Part shown: piece after piece, positions 1 to 8,713 of the stretch
Numbering within the stretch: the stretch's first letter is position 1
How the letters are laid out: the number at the start of each line of letters is the position of its first letter
Assembly: GCA_963784995.1 (NCBI GenBank)
Contig: CAWATZ010000006.1
Span: forward strand, 136,853 to 200,852
Reading direction: 5' to 3'
Source: an uncultured Planctomycetota bacterium
Lineage (GTDB): Bacteria > Planctomycetota > Planctomycetia > Gemmatales > Gemmataceae
DNA: 64,000 bases
Program-made: the position numbers and the translations under genes
Notes under the pieces: model-generated
Databases searched by the model: none
The model's input: only the letters and a program-made list of their open reading frames with translations
What the model was told of the DNA's origin: nothing

Positions 1-292
1 CATCGTCGTCGTCATCGTCATCCTTGCGGCGCTTGCGCGGCCGGTCCTCGTCCTCGTCATCCACCGCGCTCTTGCGCCGGCTGGATTCGCCCTTCTCCGC
101 CTTGATGGCCGATTTGCCGGCCCGGCTGTGGCCGTTGCTCTCGGCCTTGCCGGCCTTGCGGGCCACCGGCTCGTCCTCCGTCTCCTCGGCGGTGAAGGCT
201 TCGTCGCAACTCTTGCAGCGCAGCTTCTTGCCGATCGACGTCTCGGCCACGTTGAAGTCGGCTTGACAATGCGGACAGACAATGCGAATCGC
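1..292 (-). CDS. zinc-ribbon domain protein with charged C-terminal tail (partial; C-terminus runs off the left edge of the window)
   Basis: ATG at 292..290 (minus strand). Translation MAIRIVCPHCQADFNVAETSIGKKLRCKSCDEAF... has a CPHC...CKSC zinc-ribbon pair, then a K/E/D/R-rich tail ending in poly-Asp from the (cat cgt cgt)n at the window start. It is edge-truncated, so it is absent from the ORF track. Confidence 0.5.
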
Positions 293-480
293 CATGAGCA
301 TAACTCCCTGTCGCGGGGCACTGCGGGCTATTGTTCGGTGGGTTGTGGGCAGCATCGCCCCTGGATGAATCCGAATCCCCTCGGCGAATCAATCAGCTCC
401 ACGAATTCATAGACGTAGTCTACTGGTCTCGCGGACCGCCTGACAATGGAATTTCCACTATTTTCCGTGGAAAGCCCAGC

Positions 481-3006
481 TCAACGCCGGAACACGCCCA
501 GCAGGTTGGAAAACTCATCGGTCCACGTGCCGATCTCCGGTCGGGGCCGCAGAGTCCGCCACCGCGAATCCCGCGCCAGGTCCAGGCCGGCCGAGGGGCG
601 GGCCAGGACCACGAAAGTCGAGCGGGTCTTGCCGCGTTTGTCCTCCCCCTCGACGTCCGTGTCATACTGGACCCAGCCGGTCAACCCGGCCTGCTCGGCC
701 TGGTTGGCCAGCACCGGTTCGAGATCCAGATAGCGGTTAGAGACGTTATACACCAACCAGCCCCCCGGCTTCAACTTTTCCAGGTACAGTTTCAGAGCGT
801 CGAAGGTGATCAGATGGATCGGCACCGAATCGGAGCTGAAAGCGTCCAGGAACAGCAGATCGAACGAGTGATCCGGGGCTTCCTGAATCTGTAATCGAGC
901 ATCACCCAGGACCAGGTGCAAGTCCACGCCGCGGGCCCGGCAATCGGCCAGGTAGGTGAAGAAACGCGGGTTGTCGGCCAGCCGGACCACGGCCGGATCG
1001 ATCTCCCAGAAGGTCCACGCCTGGCCGGCCCTGGCATAACTGGCCATCGAGCCGATGCCCAGGCCGGCGACGCCGACCGTTCGCGGCGGGCTCACCTGGT
1101 TGCGCAGGGCAAAGAGCTGGCCGACCGGCCCGGTGCGATGGAAGTAGGTCAGCGGCTCGTCGCGGCGGGCGGGGTCGAGGCTCTGCCAGCCGTGCAGGGT
1201 GGTGCCGTGCAGCAGCCAGCGATACTCCCCGGTCGAATCCTGCTGCACGCACAGCTGGCCGTAGAAGCTGCGTTCGCGCCGCTCGACGTGGTCGCGCAGG
1301 TCGGCGGCGATCCCCGCGGCCAGCAGGACCGCACCGACCGCCAGGCCAAAGCGAACCGGCCGGCCGATCAGGGCAAAGCAAATGCCCACCGGCAAACCCA
1401 CCGCCCACAGCCAGAGGACCCAGGCCAGCAAGTCCTCGTTTTCCCGACCGAGAACGTCCATTTCCAGCTGATTGACGCGCAGGGCCCAGGCGATGATCCC
1501 GGTCAGCAAGCCCAGGGAAACCGGCGCCAGGAAGTCCGCGAGAGCAGGACGGGCTTCCCAGCCCGTCTCAAGGCCGTGGACACCTCGCCACTGGGAAGCC
1601 CGTCCTGCTCTCGCGGACTTCCCCGGGCAAACCAGGCAGGCGACCGTCAGGCCCAGCGGATATTCCAGTGTCCGGGTGAACACCAGCGGCGCCAGCAGGA
1701 CCACCAGCAGTCCGCCCACGACGCCACCCGCCGACATCCACAGGAAATACGCGGTCAGGTGGCGTGGGCCTGGCCGCTGCCGGGCCAGCTCGCCGTGGCA
1801 GACCAGGGCGATCAGGAAGAAGACGGCCAGGTGCAGTTCGATCTCGACGAGCAACGGGGCGCGCAGCCGGAGGACCATGAGGTAAACCAGGACCAGGACC
1901 AGGAGCGGCATCAGTCGGACCGCCCAGAAATGCAGCGAGGCGGCGAAGCGCACGTAGACCAGGATGAAACTGAGCAGGTACAACCCCAGGGGCAACACCC
2001 AGAGCAAGGGAATCGCAGCCACGTCTGTCGTGATGTGGGCCGTCACCGCAGGGAGCAGGGCGGCTGGAACCAGGCTGAGGAGCAGCCAGGAACGAATCGT
2101 GGACCAGGGGAAACGGGCGGGGGGAGGTGCCGAAGGAGCTGGCCGAGCCCCAGGGCGATGCCCGCAACACCCAGGGCGATGCCCTGGGCTATCCTGTTGC
2201 GCCGCTTCGGGGCGAAGACCGGCCTCTCTTTGCCCCGAAGGGGCGCAACAGGATAGCCCAGGGCATCGCCCTGGGTGACCTTGGGGCTCTTGGGTCTCTG
2301 TTCTTCTTGGTCCCTTCCCCCGGATTCCGACCGCCCAGCAGGCCCCAACCAGGAGCAGCAGCACGCCGTAACCCAAGGCCCAGAGCAGCGCTTGCTCGCT
2401 CCGGGTCAGGTTGGGTTCCAGCAGCAGCGGATAGGCGAGCAGGGCCAGCAAGCTGCCGGCGTTGCTGGCGGAATAGAGGAAATACGGATCGCCGGAGTCG
2501 GGATGGCCCGTGCTGGCAAACCAGCGCTGCAGCAGCGGCGCGGTGGTGCTGACCACCGTGAACGGGAGCAGGACCGTGACGGCCAGCAGGGCCAGCAGCC
2601 AGGGCAGCGGGGAGGTGTCGCACGGCGGCAGCCAACCCGCCGGCAGGGCGATGGGCAGGACCAGCAGCGGCAGTGGCAGCAGCACCAGATGCAAAAGCGC
2701 TTGCCGGCGCACTCCGAGCCAGGAAGTGCTGGCGTGAGCGTAGGCATACCCGGCCAGCAGTGCGGCCTGGTAGAATACCATGCAGGTGTTCCAGACGGCC
2801 GGCGATCCCCCCAGCAGCGGCAGCACCAGCCGGGCGAACAGCGGCTGGAGTGTGAAGAGCAGCGTGCTGCTGACAAAGAGCGTCATCGCGTACAGAACCG
2901 GAACCAGGACGTAGCCGGGGCCAGGACGCGACGGGTTCCGGGAGAGTGCGGTTTGCATGATTGGCCTCGGGGCCGGTTTCTTCGCGTTGTGGAACAACCT
3001 CGACAA
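481..3006 (-). CDS. polyamine aminopropyltransferase (spermidine synthase)-like C-terminal domain fused to a large N-terminal polytopic membrane domain
   Basis: 841 aa ORF. The C-terminal third (VGVAGLGIGSMASY...FLDAFSSDSVPIHLITFDALKLYLEKLKPGGWLVYNV) matches the spermidine synthase/SAM-MTase fold. The N-terminal half has many hydrophobic helices. The start may instead be the internal Met at 2958. Two palindromic insertions are read through in-frame (see repeats). Confidence 0.75.
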   Translation of the reverse strand: MSRLFHNAKKPAPRPIMQTALSRNPSRPGPGYVLVPVLYAMTLFVSSTLLFTLQPLFARLVLPLLGGSPAVWNTCMVFYQAALLAGYAYAHASTSWLGVRRQALLHLVLLPLPLLVLPIALPAGWLPPCDTSPLPWLLALLAVTVLLPFTVVSTTAPLLQRWFASTGHPDSGDPYFLYSASNAGSLLALLAYPLLLEPNLTRSEQALLWALGYGVLLLLVGACWAVGIRGKGPRRTETQEPQGHPGRCPGLSCCAPSGQREAGLRPEAAQQDSPGHRPGCCGHRPGARPAPSAPPPARFPWSTIRSWLLLSLVPAALLPAVTAHITTDVAAIPLLWVLPLGLYLLSFILVYVRFAASLHFWAVRLMPLLVLVLVYLMVLRLRAPLLVEIELHLAVFFLIALVCHGELARQRPGPRHLTAYFLWMSAGGVVGGLLVVLLAPLVFTRTLEYPLGLTVACLVCPGKSARAGRASQWRGVHGLETGWEARPALADFLAPVSLGLLTGIIAWALRVNQLEMDVLGRENEDLLAWVLWLWAVGLPVGICFALIGRPVRFGLAVGAVLLAAGIAADLRDHVERRERSFYGQLCVQQDSTGEYRWLLHGTTLHGWQSLDPARRDEPLTYFHRTGPVGQLFALRNQVSPPRTVGVAGLGIGSMASYARAGQAWTFWEIDPAVVRLADNPRFFTYLADCRARGVDLHLVLGDARLQIQEAPDHSFDLLFLDAFSSDSVPIHLITFDALKLYLEKLKPGGWLVYNVSNRYLDLEPVLANQAEQAGLTGWVQYDTDVEGEDKRGKTRSTFVVLARPSAGLDLARDSRWRTLRPRPEIGTWTDEFSNLLGVFRR
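1530..1622. repeat. intragenic hairpin element: 32-nt perfect inverted repeat, 28-nt loop, 93 nt total (31 codons), in-frame inside the 481..3006 CDS
   Basis: Arm 1 is ggaagtccgcgagagcaggacgggcttcccag at 1530-1561. Its exact reverse complement ctgggaagcccgtcctgctctcgcggacttcc is at 1591-1622. Confidence 0.85.
2148..2275. repeat. intragenic hairpin element: roughly 44-nt near-perfect inverted repeat plus a partial direct repeat of cccagggcgatgcc, inside the 481..3006 CDS
   Basis: cccagggcgatgccctgggctatcctgttgcgccgcttcggggc (2170-2213) pairs with gccccgaaggggcgcaacaggatagcccagggcatcgccctggg (2232-2275). The extra cccagggcgatgcc copy is at 2148-2161. Confidence 0.85.
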
Positions 3007-3049
3007 TCATAGCTGCGCCCGCGCTCCGGCGCACCTGGGAGAATCCCCC

Positions 3050-4588
3050 ATGCGATCCTTCGCCTGGCTCGTGTTGCCGCTGCTCGCCTGGCCGCTCTGC
3101 TCGGTCCCGACACAGGACCAGGCGCGCCGGCCGGTCGATCATCAGGCCATCGACGCGCTGGTGCGCAAGGCGCAGCAGGAGTGGCAGGTCCCCGGCGTCG
3201 CCGTGGGCATTGTCCGCAAGGGCGAGGTCGTTTATCTCAAGGGCCACGGACTGCGCTCGCTGGCCACGCGGGAACCGGTCACGCCCGATACGCTCTTTCC
3301 GATCGCCTCCTGCACCAAGGCCTTCACCACCACCCTGCTGGCCCAGCTGGTCGGCGAGGGCAAACTCTCCTGGGACGATCCGCCGCGCAAATACGTCCCC
3401 GCATTCCGGCTGAGCGATCCGCTGGCGGATCGGGCAGTCACCTTGCGGGACCTGCTGTGTCATCGGACCGGCCTGGCCGGCCACGATTGGTTGTGGCACC
3501 ACGCCCCGTGGTCGCTCCAGGAGAGCATCCGCCGGGCCGGTCTCCTGCCGCTGGACCGGCCGCTGCGCTCGGCCTTCCAGTACCAGAGCACCATGTTCAC
3601 CGTGGCCGGCTTCGCGGCCGCGAAAGTCGGCGGAGCAGAGTGGGACGAGCTGGTCCGCCGGCGACTGCTGCAGCCGCTGGGCATGAAGGATACGGTCTGC
3701 ACTTCCCGCGAGGCCCGGCGAGCGGCGCGGCGTGAGCCCGCCGGTGGCGAACTGGCGGCCGGCCATCACTATAACGAGCAGGGTGTGGTCGAGGGGATGG
3801 ACGGCTTTTTCATGGAAAACCCCGACCCGGCCGGCTCGATCCACTCCTCGGCCCGCGACCTGTGCCGCTGGCTGCAGTTTCACCTGGACGAGGGCAAGGT
3901 TGCGGGCCGGTCTCTTGTCGCCGCCCGTGCCCTGGCCGAGACGCACACCCCGCAAATGGTCATTCCCCTGACCGGGCTGACCCGCCGGATCCACTCCGAG
4001 ACGGTGCAGATGAGCTACGGCATGGGCTGGGTGATCCACGATTACCGCGGCAAGCTGCTCTGGTCGCACGCCGGGGCCATCGACGGCTACCGGGCTCACC
4101 TCACCCTGGTCCCGAGTGAGGGCCTCGGTCTGGTGCTGCTCAACAACTTGCATCAGACGCAGATGAACCAGGCCCTGTGCAATGGCTTGCTCGACCTGCT
4201 GCTGGACCTGCAGGGGGAGAAGAAGGACTGGAACGCTTACCTGTTCGAGCTGCGCCGGGCCGAAAGTATCCGGATTGCCGAGGAGGCCCGGCAGCGTGAG
4301 AGGCAGCGGCAGCTGGACTCGCAACCGTCCCGACCGCTGGCCGACTATGCGGGCGAGTACGAACATCCCGCGTTCGGGAGCGTGACCATCGCGCTGGAAG
4401 GAGGAACGCTGATCTGGTCGTGGCGGCGGACGCGCTCGGTGCTGGAACACTGGCACTTCAATACGTTTGTTCCGCACCATCCGCTGCTGGACGGGCTGCA
4501 AGTCCAGTTTCAGCTGGACCGTGCCGGGCGAGTGGCCGGTCTGCGGCTGGAAGGGCCGGAACACCTGGAGCTGACGAGAAGGCGGTGA
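3050..4588 (+). CDS. serine hydrolase, beta-lactamase / penicillin-binding-protein family (class C-like), secreted
   Basis: SxxK motif (ASCTKAF). Start chosen at MRSFAWLVLPLLAWPLCS (signal peptide) with gggaga RBS. The ORF-track start at 2957 overlaps the upstream gene. Confidence 0.8.
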   Translation: MRSFAWLVLPLLAWPLCSVPTQDQARRPVDHQAIDALVRKAQQEWQVPGVAVGIVRKGEVVYLKGHGLRSLATREPVTPDTLFPIASCTKAFTTTLLAQLVGEGKLSWDDPPRKYVPAFRLSDPLADRAVTLRDLLCHRTGLAGHDWLWHHAPWSLQESIRRAGLLPLDRPLRSAFQYQSTMFTVAGFAAAKVGGAEWDELVRRRLLQPLGMKDTVCTSREARRAARREPAGGELAAGHHYNEQGVVEGMDGFFMENPDPAGSIHSSARDLCRWLQFHLDEGKVAGRSLVAARALAETHTPQMVIPLTGLTRRIHSETVQMSYGMGWVIHDYRGKLLWSHAGAIDGYRAHLTLVPSEGLGLVLLNNLHQTQMNQALCNGLLDLLLDLQGEKKDWNAYLFELRRAESIRIAEEARQRERQRQLDSQPSRPLADYAGEYEHPAFGSVTIALEGGTLIWSWRRTRSVLEHWHFNTFVPHHPLLDGLQVQFQLDRAGRVAGLRLEGPEHLELTRRR

Positions 4589-5914
4589 CCATCCCATTCC
4601 CCGGGAGTTCGTGAGCTAAGATTATTTCAGGCCGGACAAGAAACAGGCCAGAGAAGAAACCGCTTCGAGATCTCGGGGGAGGGGAAGGCCACGATGGGCA
4701 AGAGGCTGACGGCGACGTTCCTGGTAGCGCTGGTGTTGCTGCTGGGCAATGCGCTGGTGTCCTTCTGGAACGTCACCCGGGTGGTGGACCACGATCACCG
4801 GGTCGCGCACACCCACGAGGTCCTTGCCCAGTTGCGAGGGATCACGTCCGCCCTGTACGACGCCGAGGCCGGCCTGAGCAGCCATTTCCTGATGGGACGG
4901 GCCGAATCCCTCCGCCCCTGCGAGTTTGCCTTTGAGCGCGTGCCGGAGGCGCTGGCGAACCTGGAAAGCATGACGGCCGACAATCGGCGCAGCAGCAGCG
5001 CGTCCGCCGGCTCGGCCCTCTGATCCAGGAGCAGTTCGCGTTGATGCGGCAAATGATTGCTTTGCGCGCGAACCGCGGCCAGGGAGGCCGGGAGGCCCTG
5101 GCCCTGCGCGGACCGGGAAGGCGCAGACCCTCTCGCAAGAGATCCGCAGGCTGCTGGCCATGATGGAAGACGAGGAGAACCAGTTGCTGCGCCAGCGCGT
5201 TCCGCAGGCCCGGACCAGCACCCGGCTGACGTTCTTGACTTTGCTTGCCGCCACCATCCTGGGAGTCGCCCTGCTGGGCTTCGTCGCCCTGCTGACCTGG
5301 CGCGGCATCCACGATCGCCGGCGCGCCGAGGAGGAGCTGCGCCGCGGCCGGGACGAACTGGAGGTCCGGGTCGGAGAGCGCACGCTGGAACTGGCGTCGG
5401 CCAACGTGCGGCTGCTGCGGGAAATCGAGGAGCGCCGCCGGGCCGAGCTGGCCCTGCGAGAAGCCAAGGAAACCGCCGAGGCGGCCAGTCGGGTCAAGAG
5501 CGAGTTCCTGGCCAGCATGAGTCATGAGATCCGCACGCCCATGAACGGCATTCTCGGCATGGTGGAAGTGCTGCTGGATACGGACATCACGGTTGAGCAA
5601 CGCGAGCACCTCGCCATGATCCAGACTTCCGCGGAAGCCCTGCTGGCGATGATCGACGACCTGCTGGATTTCGCGAAGATTGAGGCGGGCAAGGTTGACC
5701 TCGACCCGATCGCCTTCCATCTCCGCGAGACCCTGGGCGATACCCTGAAACTGCTGGAAGTGCGCGCCGCAAGAAGGGACTCTGTCTGGCCTGCCGCATT
5801 CAGCCGGACGTTCCCGAAACCCTGGTGGGCGACGCTGGCCGGCTCCGCCAGGTCCTCATCAACCTGGTGGGCAACGCCATCAAGTTCACCGAGAGGGGCG
5901 AAGTGTTCGTGGTC

Positions 5915-5972
5915 GCAGGACAGGCAGCCTTGCCTGTCCTGGGCGTTGGGACAGGCAAGGCTGCCTGTCCTG
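5915..5972. repeat. intragenic double hairpin (ggacaggcagccttgcctgtcc and its reverse complement ggacaggcaaggctgcctgtcc) in-frame in the histidine kinase
   Basis: Direct reading of 5915-5972. Encodes [21 protein letters not shown], between the N-box and G1 box of the HATPase domain. Confidence 0.8.
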
Positions 5973-6220
5973 CGGGAGTGGAGCTCCATTTTGCCGTCTG
6001 CGACACGGGCATTGGCATCCCGACCGACCGGCAGCGCGTGATCTTCGACCCGTTCACCCAGGCCGACGGCTCGGTGACGCGCCGCTACGGCGGCACCGGA
6101 CTGGGCCTGTCCATCTCCTCGCGCCTGGTCGAACTGATGGGAGGTCGGATCTGGGTGGAAAGCGAAGTGGGCCAGGGCAGCACTTTCCACTTCACCGCGT
6201 GCTTTGCTCGGTGCCCCTCG

Positions 6221-6348
6221 GAAGATGACAAGGTGACAAGGTGGCAAGGTGACAAGGTGACAAAGACCGAAGAGCCAGAACTGGGGGCTTCCTCCGCGGC
6301 TTCTTCTGTCACCTTGTCACCTTGTCACCTTGTCACCTTATCATCTTC
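6221..6348. repeat. intragenic 128-nt palindrome built from 8-mer tandem repeats (gacaaggt x5 on one arm, accttgtc x4 on the other), in-frame between the HATPase and receiver domains
   Basis: gaagatgacaaggtgacaaggtggcaaggtgacaaggtgacaaag ... tctgtcaccttgtcaccttgtcaccttgtcaccttatcatcttc. Encodes EDDKVTRWQGDKVTKTEEPELGASSAASSVTLSPCHLVTLSSSD. Confidence 0.85.
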
Positions 6349-7430
6349 AGACGGGCTGCGAATCCTGGTCGCGGAAGATAACGCGATCAATCAGGTGGTG
6401 GCCCGGCAAATGCTGGAGAAGCAAGGCCATCAGGTCGAAGTGGCCAGCAACGGCAAGGAGGCCCTGGCCGCACTGGAACGGCAATCCTTCGATCTGGTGC
6501 TGATGGACGTGCAGATGCCGGAAATGAGCGGCTTCGACGTGACCGCCGCCATCCGGGCCCGGGAGAATGGGAGCGGGCGGCGCCAGCCGATCATCGCCCT
6601 GACCGCCCATGCCATGAAGGGCGACCGGGAGCGGTGTCTGGAAGCGGGCATGGACGGCTACCTCTCCAAGCCGATCCAGGCGTGCGAACTCTCCCGGGCC
6701 ATTGCCCTGGTGGTCGGCGGGAAGCAGCAAGTCCCCGGGAGTGCCAGGCCGGTTCGCCCTGACCCGGCAGCTGACGCAGCCGGGCACCCGCTTGCGGGTC
6801 TGCCACCGGCCGGGCGGAACACCCACGTCCTGGACCGCGCCGCCACTCTGGAGCGCTACCGTGGCGACCTCTCCTTTGTCCAGACCCTCGCGTCCCTGCT
6901 TGTCGAGGAGTCTCTCCGCTCCCTGGCGGAGATGCGGGATGCCCTCCGGGGTAAGGAAGCCGACCGGTTGGGGCAGGTGGCGCACAAGTTCGTCGGCGCC
7001 GTGAGCAGCTTCGTCGCCCCGGAGGCAACCGAGGCGGTCCGGCAACTCGAAGCCCGGGCCAAGGCGGGAGACTTGCCAGAGGCGGGCCAGGCGCTGGCAA
7101 CCTTGGAAGTAACCCTGGCCCGGCTGACCGCTGCCCTGGGTGAGCTGCAACAAGGGCCCGAACGCGTTGGCGCGGGCTGAGTTCGAGGACCACTCCTGTC
7201 GATGAACTGGAGTCGGCGGCACAGGAGTCCCACCTGACAGCCGAGCAGTTGCAACGGCTCTATGAAACGGTGTGCGGTGAATCGGAGACTGGAGCCGCAG
7301 GCGATCAGAGGGATAGCACACTTCGTCTCCGCCCGATGTTGCTGGAGATCCTGGTGCGATTGTTCGGCAAGGCTCCCGGCAGTGACCAACGCCAGGGACA
7401 GTCGTGACGTGCAGTCAGCGGAGAGTTTCA

Positions 7431-8621
7431 TCAAGACCGATTCTCCGCCCGCGCTCGCATTTCCCGCAAGAACGGCTCGGTCTGTTCCGGGTTGCGGAAG
7501 CGCAGCTGCAGCGTTCCCCGGGCCGGCGAGTACCTGCGGAACTGGATCGGGTTGCGGTGGCTGAGCGCGGTCCCGATCAGGAACCCGGCCAGGCCGCCGA
7601 CCACCAGGGCCAGCAGGTCAACGAGGACAAGGCGCTCCAGCGGCACCTGCGCGGCCAGGCCGAGCAGCGCAACCAGCATCGGCGTCAGAATCGCTCCCAG
7701 GAACATGCCGTTCCGGCTGCCGCGCTGGCCCTCCTCGCGCAGCTGCTCGTCGCAGCTCTCGCAGGTGGGAAACTCCACCGTCAGCTCGCGCACTCCGACA
7801 AGCCCCAGGAGCTGATCGGACCAGGCCATGACCACCTGGCGGCGCACGTGCCGGGTTTCCGTCCCGCACTGGCAGCAGCGCCAGGGAAAGTGCAGCCGGG
7901 TCAGGGAAGCCGTGATCCAGCCGCTGTCGTCCGGTTCCGTCCAGCCGCTCCTGTCGATTTCCTCCAACCGGTAGGCTTCCGGCGGCGGCGTGCCGCGCGG
8001 CAGGTGCTGGCCCAGCTTCCGGCCCAGGAACAGCAGCAGTTCGCCCAGCTGCGCGGCCGAGGCCGAGTAGCGGGCCGGCAGGACCACCTCGTTGCGGCTG
8101 GTGAACAGCAGCTGCCGGCAGCGGATCTGGGCGCCGTGGCCGATCGGCGAATCCTCGCGGCGGAGCTGCGTGAACGGAATGGCGTCGGGGTTGATCGGCA
8201 AGGTAAGGCCGACCAGCGGACTGTCGGTGTCGGGAACCAGGGGCAGGCCGGAGGCGTTGAACAGGGCCCAGGGACACCAGACCACGGTGTCGCGATAACG
8301 CACCTCCAGGCCGTCGGCAGAGAGCACCAGTTCATGGCCGCGCAGCAGCAGCGACCAGCCCAGCCAGACGCCGGCCGCCAGCAGCAGGCCAATCCCCAGG
8401 GCCAGCCGTTCCGCTCCCGAGGCACGCGCTCCCGGCGGCAGGAGAAAGAAGGCCAGGACACAGAGCAGCCCGCCGAGGCCAAAGACGATGGCCAGGCCGT
8501 ACATCTTCCGGGGACCGACAGTGATTGCTCCGGCCTTGAGGTAGCTGGCCGGATCATCGAGCAAACTATCCAGGTCCGGAACCACCGCGGCCAGCGACTG
8601 ACCCGAGGGAAGAACACTCAT
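7431..8621 (-). CDS. hypothetical membrane protein with internal Cys-rich zinc-ribbon-like motif (CQCGTE...CESCDEQ)
   Basis: 396 aa ORF with aggag RBS. Hydrophobic helices at both ends. No recognisable catalytic motif. Sits 92 bp downstream of the Pat-like gene on the same strand. Confidence 0.6.
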   Translation of the reverse strand: MSVLPSGQSLAAVVPDLDSLLDDPASYLKAGAITVGPRKMYGLAIVFGLGGLLCVLAFFLLPPGARASGAERLALGIGLLLAAGVWLGWSLLLRGHELVLSADGLEVRYRDTVVWCPWALFNASGLPLVPDTDSPLVGLTLPINPDAIPFTQLRREDSPIGHGAQIRCRQLLFTSRNEVVLPARYSASAAQLGELLLFLGRKLGQHLPRGTPPPEAYRLEEIDRSGWTEPDDSGWITASLTRLHFPWRCCQCGTETRHVRRQVVMAWSDQLLGLVGVRELTVEFPTCESCDEQLREEGQRGSRNGMFLGAILTPMLVALLGLAAQVPLERLVLVDLLALVVGGLAGFLIGTALSHRNPIQFRRYSPARGTLQLRFRNPEQTEPFLREMRARAENRS

Positions 8622-8713
8622 GCACCATGCTCCTGAATGAGTTCGCCGCGGCCAGGGCTGGCCGCTCTCTTAGCGCGGGCGTGCGCCCCACTTGCCGGGG
8701 GCGGCTGTTTCTC

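Larger units (their letters stand above)
4694..7180 (+). pseudogene. hybrid sensor histidine kinase (CHASE3-like sensor, coiled coil, HisKA, HATPase_c, receiver, HPt) interrupted by at least three +1/-1 frameshifts
   Basis: Three ORF pieces: 4694..5023, 5160..6041, 5825..7180. Across the breaks the alternative frames continue the protein: [53 protein letters not shown], and [48 protein letters not shown]. Motifs [14 protein letters not shown] (H-box), DTGIGI/GGTGLGLSI (G-boxes) and a receiver domain (ILVAEDN...DLVLMDVQMPEMSG) are present. Confidence 0.75.

Noticed and set aside
916-2256. 446-aa plus-strand ORF (and similar long antisense ORFs 2189..4597, 9044..11185, 11508..13412, 19327..21105, 22999..24045, 26773..28989, 38098..39669, 43160..44878, 47187..48842, 54786..55562)
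   Set aside because: They are on the opposite strand, or in a different frame, to genes with clear homology-type motifs. Translations are low-complexity and Arg/Pro/Gly-rich with no motifs. This is the typical spurious open frame of 65% GC DNA.
6221-6348. Tandem 8-mers as a CRISPR array
   Set aside because: Units are 8 nt with no spacers. They are palindromically mirrored, and they lie inside a CDS.
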